Assembly (NCBI GenBank): GCA_029573015.1
Contig: JAKQHK010000101.1
Span: forward strand, 1-43,487
Length of the DNA stretch: 43,487 nt
Reading direction: 5' to 3'
DNA from: a bacterium
Lineage (GTDB): Bacteria; Patescibacteriota; CG2-30-54-11
Below the pieces are notes generated by a model that searched no databases, was not told where the DNA came from, and worked only from the letters and a program-made list of their open reading frames with translations. Positions 35,838 to 43,487 of the stretch are shown piece after piece. Each line of letters starts with the position of its first letter. Within the stretch, counting starts at the first letter, position 1. A program made the position numbers and the translations under genes.

Positions 35838-37313
35838 CTACTGATATAAACGCTCCAGAGCCTGATCAGCCAGCGGAGCGATATCTCCCTCGAAATCAAA
35901 ATCAAGTGCCAGCTGATACTCTGCTTTCGCTTGATCTATCAGACCTTTCTGCTCATAGAGCATGGCCAGATTCAAATGCGCTGAAGCAATAGTCGGATCC
36001 AGCTCAAGAGCTTTCCGCAATTCCTGCTCGGCCTGTTCCAGTTCACCGGACTCCACGAGCGCCCAGCCGAGAATGCTGTGGCTGAGCGCAGTATCCGGCT
36101 GCCGCTCGACTGCCTGCCGGGCTACCTCCAACGCACTCGCCATGTCTTTCAACGTACTCGTATACAGATAAACCAGCGACCGATATACGCCGAGCTCATC
36201 CGGTTGCACCTCCCGGGCTAGTTTATATGCTTTCACTGCTTTGGAATACTCTCCTGTCTGACGCAGGACATGTCCCAAATTGATATATACATCATAGCTC
36301 GTCTCTCCTCCGTCTACCGCGCGTTCAAACGCTTCGGCCGCTTTACTCCATTCCTGCTCATACGCATAGAGCTTGCCCAGATAATAGTAATTAAGCGCAG
36401 CCGGTTTTCCGCCGATATCAAGCGCACCCTCCAGTTCATCCTGGGCTCGGGCTACATCACCTGCGAGGAAGTATGCGTATCCCAGGTAATAATGGGCACT
36501 CTGATAATCAGGCTGGCGCTGAATGACCTGGGTAAAATACTCTGTAGCCAGGGTCGGCATGAGATGCTCGAGGTATACCACCCCGGTTTTCAGTATACGT
36601 AGTGTTTCGTCGGCTGTGGCATCAATATCATCAAGGCTTACAATGGCTTTCTGGGCTTTCGACGCGATATCCGTGTCAGGGTATTGCGCGACGAGAGAAC
36701 CAAGTATCGCCTTGGCTTGGGCCCTGTCCCGCCTGCTCACGAGCAATCCCCAGTAATACTTCGCCTGCTGGGTGTTATCTGATTCCACCTCGGCTGCAAG
36801 CTGAAAATGCGCTTCGGCCGCATCATACTCAGAAAGCCAGAGGCTGGCCAGTCCGAGCGGATAGCGGACTTTTTCCTTCTCCATCGGCGTGTCTCTGACT
36901 TCCGCAAGGGTTCTTTCCAGATATTCCCGCGCCTCATCCCAGTATTTCAATTCGATATAAATACAACCAAGCCGGTACCAGATTTCCGGATTGGTACCAT
37001 CCAGCTGCTCAGCAAAACGGAATTCCTGTTCTGCTTCCATGAAACGGTTTTTTATCTGGTAGAGCTGCCCGATACGCATGCGGACTGAAGCGTCCTGAGG
37101 ACTCTTCTGGGCTGCCTGCTCGTAATACGTCAGCGCCTCGCTGTATCGCTGTTCCTCATACAGGCGGTCCCCCTCGCTGATGAAATCATAAACCGACATG
37201 CCGTCCGCCCAATGGGAAGACGACGGAATCCAGGCCCGTACAAACCAGGCAAGACTCACGCCGGCGATAAGCACGAGAACGGCAATCCCCACGGTATTGG
37301 CTGTTTTTTTCAT
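35838..37313 (-). CDS. Membrane-anchored TPR protein
   Basis: N-terminal TM; many TPR motifs (A...LG..Y...G....A......AL..DP). Confidence 0.9.
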   Translation of the reverse strand: MKKTANTVGIAVLVLIAGVSLAWFVRAWIPSSSHWADGMSVYDFISEGDRLYEEQRYSEALTYYEQAAQKSPQDASVRMRIGQLYQIKNRFMEAEQEFRFAEQLDGTNPEIWYRLGCIYIELKYWDEAREYLERTLAEVRDTPMEKEKVRYPLGLASLWLSEYDAAEAHFQLAAEVESDNTQQAKYYWGLLVSRRDRAQAKAILGSLVAQYPDTDIASKAQKAIVSLDDIDATADETLRILKTGVVYLEHLMPTLATEYFTQVIQRQPDYQSAHYYLGYAYFLAGDVARAQDELEGALDIGGKPAALNYYYLGKLYAYEQEWSKAAEAFERAVDGGETSYDVYINLGHVLRQTGEYSKAVKAYKLAREVQPDELGVYRSLVYLYTSTLKDMASALEVARQAVERQPDTALSHSILGWALVESGELEQAEQELRKALELDPTIASAHLNLAMLYEQKGLIDQAKAEYQLALDFDFEGDIAPLADQALERLYQ

Positions 37314-37328
37314 AATCAGACGCTCTCT

Positions 37329-40070
37329 CTAAGACTTGATCCGCTCAATCTGCTTTTCAATAACATCCTTCTGATGCAGCAGCTCCTCCATCTTCTTCCG
37401 TTCCCGCCCTACGACTTCTGCGGGCGCATTCTGGACAAATTGTTCATTGGCCAGCAGCGCAGCAAGCCGCCCCAGGCGAACTTCCAGATCATCAAGCTCT
37501 GCATGCAGGCGCAGCATTTCCTTGCCCCGGTCAATCTGCTTGTCAAACACGACGAATACCCGTATCTGACTGATAACAAATTCGATAGCTGCATCATCCT
37601 TCTGAGGAATCTCCCTGCTGATGGCAACCTGTTTTAAAGGAGTCAGTCGGATCATCTGTTCCTCCAGCTCCTTGAACGTATCATACCGGGCATCATCGCC
37701 CGTGAAAACAATCGTGACGATCGGCTTCGCCGAAGGCGGCAGATCAGCTTCACTGCGGATATTGCGGATTTTCTGGATACTATCCCGCCAGACCTGGAAA
37801 ACAGTCTCAAGACCATCATTGATCAACGCCTTGTTTGCCTTGGGCCAGGAAGCAGTAATCAGGTCGCGCTCTGATTTTTCATAATCAGCAAGCATATGCA
37901 GCTTCGATCCGATGCGCTGCCAGATTTCCTCGGTAATGAACGGAATATACGGATGCAGCATCTTGAGCACAGCCTGCAGTACCCGAAGAATCGTTTCCTG
38001 CGTCACGCTGCGGCGATCCCAGTCCTCTGAATCAAGCAGGGATTTGCTCATTTCCAGATACCAGTCGCAAAAGTCGTTCCAGACAAACTCGTACAGCAGC
38101 GTGCCTGCCTCGCCGAACCGATAGCCATCCAGCAATCTAGTCGCTTGAGCGATCACCTGATTGAGGCGGCTGAGGATCCAGCGGTCAGGAAGCGAAAGCT
38201 TGCTTTCGTCAAAATACAAAAGGTGCAATTCTTCATAAAACGCATTTTTCTTCGAGAATAATGCGAATCGGGTTGCGTTCCAAAGCTTGTTACAGAAATT
38301 GCGATAACCGACGGTTTTATCCTGCGAAAACTTGATATCATTCCCCGGAGTAACATTTAGCAGAAACGATAACCGCAGGGCATCAGCGCCAAATTCTTCG
38401 ATGATTTCCAGCGGATCGACCACATTACCCTTAGATTTGCTCATTTTTTCGCCATGCGCATCACGTACCAATCCATGCAAATAGACTTTTTTGAAAGGGA
38501 TATCATCCATCAAACCCAGGGACAGCAACACCATCCGTGCTACCCAGAAAAAAATGATGTCATATCCGGTCTCCATCATCTGGGTCGGGAAGAACCGTTT
38601 GAGATCCGGAGTCTCCTCCGGCCAGCCGAGAGTGCTGAACGGCCAGAGACCGGAACTGAACCAGGTATCAAGCGTGTCCGGATCACGTTCCAGACGTGTC
38701 CCTCCGCACTGCGGGCATGATGCCGGCTCTTGATCGGATACTATCGTGAATACCCGGTAATCAAGTTCAGCAGCATCCCTGGCTTTTTCCTTTTCCAGGC
38801 AATCCTGACAGTACCACGCCGGTATCTGGTGTCCCCACCAGAGCTGACGGCTGATACACCAGTCATGCAGGTTTCCCATCCAGTGGTTAAAAATTTTGGT
38901 CATACGCTGGGGAATAAAATGAATTTTCCCGTCCGCAACCACCTGTAATGCCCGGGCGGCGAGCGCCTCGGTATGCACAAACCATTGCGTTGAGATATAG
39001 GGTTCAATGGTCGTATCACAGCGGTAGCAGTGTCCCACACTATGGGAGTAATTAACTTCCTTGCTGAGATAGCCGCCGCTCCGTAAAGTTTTGATGATCT
39101 TTCGACGTGCCTGGACAACATCAAGACCTGCACCGAACATGCCTTCCCGGATACGACCTTCTTCTGTGAGGATATTAATAAGTGGCAGATTGTGATGCCG
39201 GGCTATTTCATAATCATTAAAATCATGCGCCGGAGTAATTTTTACCGCTCCGGTGCCGAATTCCATATCCACCCGTTTGTCTGCGATGATCGGTATCTCC
39301 CGTTCCGCCACAGGTAAAAATGCCATTTTCCCGACCAAATCCTGATAGCGGGGGTCGTCCGGATGAACAGCCACTGCTGTATCACCGATCATGGTTTCAG
39401 GACGAACGGTAGCCACGGATATGGATGCTTCACCTGGCTTGCCATTCTCCATGATCGGATAACTCAGTGTATAAAGCTTTGCTTCTGATTCCGCATGTTC
39501 GACTTCATCATCCGCTAGCACAGTCTGGCAGCGGGGACACCAGTTGATCAGATACTTCCCTTTGTAGATCAACTTCTGACGGTATAATTCCGTAAAAGCA
39601 TGGTTAACCGCCTTATTTGCCCGGTCATCCATAGTGAACCGCTCCCGGGACCAGTCGCAGGAAGCACCGAGCTTGCGTATCTGTGTGGTGATGATCTTCC
39701 CGTATTCATCCACCCAAGCCCATACGCGTTCCAGAAACTTTTCCCTACCAAGATCGTGACGGGTAAGATTCTCCTTCTTGATTTCTTTTTCCACGACATT
39801 CTGAGTAGCAATGCTCGCATGGTCAGTACCCGGCAGCCAGAGAACTGCCTCGCCCTTCATGCGATGATAGCGGATAAAAAGGTCCTGGATGGCCACGAAC
39901 ATGGCATGACCCATATGCAATTTGCCGGTTATATTCGGCGGCGGCATGATGATGCAATACGGCTTGCCTTTGGGATGCACTTCTGGCTTAAAAAAACCGC
40001 TACTCTCCCATTTCTGATAGATTTTGTCCTCAATTTCATGAAAATCATATACCTTACTGAATTCTGTCAT
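37329..40070 (-). CDS. valS: Valine--tRNA ligase
   Basis: PPPNITG.LHMGH, DHASIATQ, WCISRQLWWGH, DTWFSS and KMSKS motifs; C-terminal coiled coil (F..NAP.EVV). Confidence 0.98.
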   Translation of the reverse strand: MTEFSKVYDFHEIEDKIYQKWESSGFFKPEVHPKGKPYCIIMPPPNITGKLHMGHAMFVAIQDLFIRYHRMKGEAVLWLPGTDHASIATQNVVEKEIKKENLTRHDLGREKFLERVWAWVDEYGKIITTQIRKLGASCDWSRERFTMDDRANKAVNHAFTELYRQKLIYKGKYLINWCPRCQTVLADDEVEHAESEAKLYTLSYPIMENGKPGEASISVATVRPETMIGDTAVAVHPDDPRYQDLVGKMAFLPVAEREIPIIADKRVDMEFGTGAVKITPAHDFNDYEIARHHNLPLINILTEEGRIREGMFGAGLDVVQARRKIIKTLRSGGYLSKEVNYSHSVGHCYRCDTTIEPYISTQWFVHTEALAARALQVVADGKIHFIPQRMTKIFNHWMGNLHDWCISRQLWWGHQIPAWYCQDCLEKEKARDAAELDYRVFTIVSDQEPASCPQCGGTRLERDPDTLDTWFSSGLWPFSTLGWPEETPDLKRFFPTQMMETGYDIIFFWVARMVLLSLGLMDDIPFKKVYLHGLVRDAHGEKMSKSKGNVVDPLEIIEEFGADALRLSFLLNVTPGNDIKFSQDKTVGYRNFCNKLWNATRFALFSKKNAFYEELHLLYFDESKLSLPDRWILSRLNQVIAQATRLLDGYRFGEAGTLLYEFVWNDFCDWYLEMSKSLLDSEDWDRRSVTQETILRVLQAVLKMLHPYIPFITEEIWQRIGSKLHMLADYEKSERDLITASWPKANKALINDGLETVFQVWRDSIQKIRNIRSEADLPPSAKPIVTIVFTGDDARYDTFKELEEQMIRLTPLKQVAISREIPQKDDAAIEFVISQIRVFVVFDKQIDRGKEMLRLHAELDDLEVRLGRLAALLANEQFVQNAPAEVVGRERKKMEELLHQKDVIEKQIERIKS

Positions 40071-40091
40071 GCCATTCCCTCAAAAAAAGTG

Positions 40092-41000
40092 TTAACCGGT
40101 AACTTCCAGAATGCCATGCATAGCAACGGCGAGTGCTATCTGAATAAACGGGAAAAAACCTAATAGCAGGTATCCCGCCAGACGTTCATATCTGCTGAGC
40201 ACTTTGGAGATAATCGTAGCAACAATGAAAAGAACCCAACCAATAACCGCAAACAATAATAAGAACTGTTTGGGACCGTCGAGTTCTATCCCTCCCAAAA
40301 CCGTGTAATGCAATACCGCATAGCGCGGGATGATGCCTATGCCCCAGAATACATACCCGCTTAAAATGAATAGCAAGAAAAAATTCAAAAGGATATAGCC
40401 TGCATACTGCCTGTCCGGCAACCAGCTTTGCAGGTTGTCCAGAAATTTCGAACGGGAAAAGGTTACTTGTTTTTCGTCGGCAGGTTTCTCTGTATCGAGC
40501 ACCCGCAGTTTATCAATCCGGTAGAAAGCCGCCAGGAACACTATCTGCTGTCTGGGATTGATGATAAATTCCATGTCACGGTACTGCAGGGACAGTGTCC
40601 CGCGCAGCAGCGGGAAACAGGAAGTCAGATACTGTACCTTATGGCCGGATCTGGTCCAACGATTCTCCCAAAAATCCCACAGTCCCTGCTTGCTGTGCTT
40701 TTTTACCTGAATATCACCGAGCGGGATTGCATAACGGGTCAATCCTGATTTGATCATCAGATAGTCCTGGGTGAGGACATAAGTCAGCGTGAAATAACAA
40801 AATAGATAATAAAGAATCACACATCCGAGCACAGCAAGGCCCAAACCAAGACACGTTACCAAATAATAGGTCAGCGATAGCGGATGCGCTGTCAGCCAGC
40901 CGAATACAGCAAACAGACCCCAGCCAGTACCAAAAGCCGGTATACTCAGTAATAGAAACGTAACCAGTTCTCTCTGGCTTCGAAAGGTATAGTTGATCAT
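40092..41000 (-). CDS. Membrane protein with bacterial PH-like domain
   Basis: TMs followed by Y.L....L.I..G.....IPL..I; C-terminal TMs around LHY...G.....G. Confidence 0.65.
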   Translation of the reverse strand: MINYTFRSQRELVTFLLLSIPAFGTGWGLFAVFGWLTAHPLSLTYYLVTCLGLGLAVLGCVILYYLFCYFTLTYVLTQDYLMIKSGLTRYAIPLGDIQVKKHSKQGLWDFWENRWTRSGHKVQYLTSCFPLLRGTLSLQYRDMEFIINPRQQIVFLAAFYRIDKLRVLDTEKPADEKQVTFSRSKFLDNLQSWLPDRQYAGYILLNFFLLFILSGYVFWGIGIIPRYAVLHYTVLGGIELDGPKQFLLLFAVIGWVLFIVATIISKVLSRYERLAGYLLLGFFPFIQIALAVAMHGILEVTG

Positions 41001-42685
41001 ACCCCTTTTTCTGTAACCTTGTAATCAAGATTTTTACCGAGCAGCATCCTGGTCTGCGCATCCAGCGCCGGCAACGCCCCGAACAGCACGCCGACAACCG
41101 GCATCATCAGCCATTGTACATATACCTGGGCACGCTGAAGCGGTGTCCAGTCTGCCGGTTTTTTCGGGCTCAGAATCGCGTCAAATGTAACAAAGACTAC
41201 AGTTACCACGCTGGTAAAGGTGAGCAGCCGCGAAGTAAAGACCGGTAAATTGTATCCCATTACCGTCTGGGCAAAATGGGGGCTCAAGTAGAGCGGTAAA
41301 AAAGTTCCAATACCCAGGATAATCGGCATGGTTGCCCAGTTGAAATAATTCGTCAAGACATCCACACAGGCCACCAGCCGCGACCGCAATGGAATTTCCC
41401 TATGGCGTATTGATTGGACGAGGACATAGGGCACATCAGTCGCCCCCCAAGCCCAACGCCTGATCTGTTCATACAAATTCCGCAATGCTTTGCCATACGA
41501 AGCCGCACTGACTGCATCCCCATAAACCGGCAAAAACAGGGGCTGGACCCGCACTTTTTCCCCAAGCGCAAAATAAATTTTCCAGTAAAGCCGCGAATCC
41601 TCCTGCAGCACATCCACATCCCAGTAGCCGGCTTGCTTGATAGTGGCGAAGGATGCAGCATAGCTAGACCAGCTGCGGTTTTCCCGCCTGTCAAACTGGC
41701 GGGCCATCTGGATCTGGGTCCCCAGGGCTGCCTGGATGCGGGAAAACATGTTTACCCGCCAGATATTGTTGAAAAACATGGGGATCGGCTGATAGATATG
41801 ATAGTCTCGCCGCCAGTCAGAAACATACGAATAGGTTAGATGCGCGAAGTACTGGGGATGCATCCGGTAATCCGCGTCCAGACTGGTGACGAGTAAATGA
41901 CGGGCATCGATGGGCTGCTGCTGCAAGACTGTTTGCTCAAACCACTGTATGGCATATGCCTGGTTGGCTGATTTGCCAGCAACCTCACCTGGCATGAGCA
42001 CGTGACGGCTGAAATACAGATGCGGCAAACTGTGAGCATAGGTCTGCGTGATCCACTGCTGCATGGCATCGGCATTGGAATCAGCTGCCTCCTGCGCGAT
42101 GAGCACATGCACCCGCTCATGGGGAAAATCGACCCCGGCCAGATGATCAAGCGTCGGACCGAGGACAGCTTCACTTTCCTTGTATACTGGAACAATTACC
42201 AAATGTTCGATCCTCTCGCAGGCAGGACGCCGGCTGTCAAGATCGTATATGACCAAGGCGCGGTATTCCTCTCGCAAATTGACATACTGCCGGAAAGCAG
42301 TCTGATCCCTGATAAAACAGAAAATGAGCGACACCGCTTTACGAATGCCGGTAAACAAATCCTGACCAAACGGATTGATGCCGCGGCTCTCCCACCAGTC
42401 TGCCAGCTCGGTCTTGACCTCGCGTTTGCGCTCAGGCAAACGGGTCATCAGCATCTCGCAGCGCTGCCACCAGTCCACCTGCATGGCTTTGGTCACATAA
42501 AAAAAACCGAGGCAGAGGCGTACGAGATGGATACAGGTACGGAACACCCAGTACAGGGCATACAGCAGGAGAACGTAGGCGACAATATCAGGGCTGACCA
42601 CAGAAATAACTGCCAGACCTCCGAGCATGCACCAGGCAAGCAATCCGGGCAAACCCCGCAACCAGCGTTCTGATCGTCGTGTCAT
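40997..42685 (-). CDS. GT2-family membrane glycosyltransferase
   Basis: P.YKE, GE..GK.AN, DAD, YQP, ED and Q.RRWAWG motifs; flanking TMs. Confidence 0.9.
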   Translation of the reverse strand: MTRRSERWLRGLPGLLAWCMLGGLAVISVVSPDIVAYVLLLYALYWVFRTCIHLVRLCLGFFYVTKAMQVDWWQRCEMLMTRLPERKREVKTELADWWESRGINPFGQDLFTGIRKAVSLIFCFIRDQTAFRQYVNLREEYRALVIYDLDSRRPACERIEHLVIVPVYKESEAVLGPTLDHLAGVDFPHERVHVLIAQEAADSNADAMQQWITQTYAHSLPHLYFSRHVLMPGEVAGKSANQAYAIQWFEQTVLQQQPIDARHLLVTSLDADYRMHPQYFAHLTYSYVSDWRRDYHIYQPIPMFFNNIWRVNMFSRIQAALGTQIQMARQFDRRENRSWSSYAASFATIKQAGYWDVDVLQEDSRLYWKIYFALGEKVRVQPLFLPVYGDAVSAASYGKALRNLYEQIRRWAWGATDVPYVLVQSIRHREIPLRSRLVACVDVLTNYFNWATMPIILGIGTFLPLYLSPHFAQTVMGYNLPVFTSRLLTFTSVVTVVFVTFDAILSPKKPADWTPLQRAQVYVQWLMMPVVGVLFGALPALDAQTRMLLGKNLDYKVTEKGV

Positions 42686-42829
42686 CTGGCTTTCATGGCT
42701 AAAACAGTATAGAAAAAGGGTAGCATATTTATGTATGCTTGAAAAGCAGCCCTTTGTTTTATCCCGGCTTTATGCTATGGTAGCCACCGCTCCTATCAGC
42801 AGCACAATCGTTAGACCAGCAAGGGTGAC

Positions 42830-43487
42830 ATGTCATATCTTCAGGCAATAGTGCTCGGAACAGTCCAGGGGCTGAGCGAATTCCTACCTATCAGCAGTTC
42901 CGCGCATCTTGTGCTCATCCCCCGCCTGTTCGGCTGGCCGGACCAGGGATTGCTTTTCGACGTCTTCATGCATGCCGGATCATTATTGGCGCTCTGCTTT
43001 TATTTCCGGAAGGATCTCGTCCTTCTACTTCGCGCTTGGCTGCCGCACCGCCCTGCTGAAACAGCATTACGGCAGCAGGGTAGCATGATGATCCTGGCAA
43101 CCATTCCTGTGCTCATCGCCGGTTTATTATTCAATGACGCGATCGGGACGATATTCCGGGATATCTCCTGGATTGGCGTCTGGTTCATCATCGTCGCAAC
43201 CCTGCTGCTGATTACAGAATTCCGCATACGCAAGAGAAAATCAAACCCTCTATCGGCTTTAACTGCCAAAAACGCACTTATCATAGGGCTGGCACAGGCC
43301 GCCGCTCTCCTGCCCGGCGTTTCCCGTTCCGGGATGACGATCTGGGCTGGGGTGACCCAGGGCTTCTCCCACGCAGCAGCGGCACGCTTTGCCTTTCTAT
43401 TGAGCATACCCGCGGTCATGGCTGCCACCGGCAAAGCCGTGCTTGACCTCGCCACCGGTCATGCCGGTCTGCAATTCGAATGGTCTT
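42830..43487 (+). CDS. uppP: Undecaprenyl-diphosphate phosphatase (runs off window end; not in the ORF track)
   Basis: Manual translation MSYLQAIVLGTVQGLSEFLPISSSAHL...FDV..H.G...IGLAQAAALLPGVSRSGMTI...AARFAFLLSIP. Confidence 0.95.
   Translation, partial: MSYLQAIVLGTVQGLSEFLPISSSAHLVLIPRLFGWPDQGLLFDVFMHAGSLLALCFYFRKDLVLLLRAWLPHRPAETALRQQGSMMILATIPVLIAGLLFNDAIGTIFRDISWIGVWFIIVATLLLITEFRIRKRKSNPLSALTAKNALIIGLAQAAALLPGVSRSGMTIWAGVTQGFSHAAAARFAFLLSIPAVMAATGKAVLDLATGHAGLQFEWS

Noticed and set aside
43000-43455. 151-aa minus-strand ORF and other antisense or nested ORFs
   Set aside because: Shadow frames of well-supported genes (here uppP on the + strand).

Overview
A 43.5-kb bacterial chromosome segment. 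The gene families suggest a Patescibacteria/CPR-like lineage (inference). It holds a dispersed group 3b NiFe hydrogenase (sulfhydrogenase) system: beta, gamma, delta and alpha subunits, HypA, HypB, a maturation protease, rubrerythrin and a Rex-like operator. Also present are type 2 IDI, CinA/PncC, valS, uppP, glycosyltransferases, a ~1,860-aa repetitive surface protein and four tRNA genes (His-GUG, Arg-UCU, Arg-UCG, Lys-CUU). The most striking signal is that all four tRNA genes are accompanied by same-strand partial copies of themselves, broken by hairpin-rich inserts at stereotyped tRNA positions: D-stem AGCT^CA, the T-loop, and the acceptor 3' strand. One 53-nt insert family is shared by two different tRNAs 27 kb apart. 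Small GIY-YIG nuclease genes sit inside two of the three tRNA clusters; one is intact and one is frameshifted and missing from the ORF track. This looks like a tRNA-targeting GIY-YIG/hairpin element system. A second candidate selfish element is a four-helix-bundle (23S-IVP-like) gene bracketed by inverted microsatellite arms inside the hydrogenase operon, with ORF-less 7-mer tracts at other intergenic sites. All family assignments come from motif recognition by eye; no database search was run.
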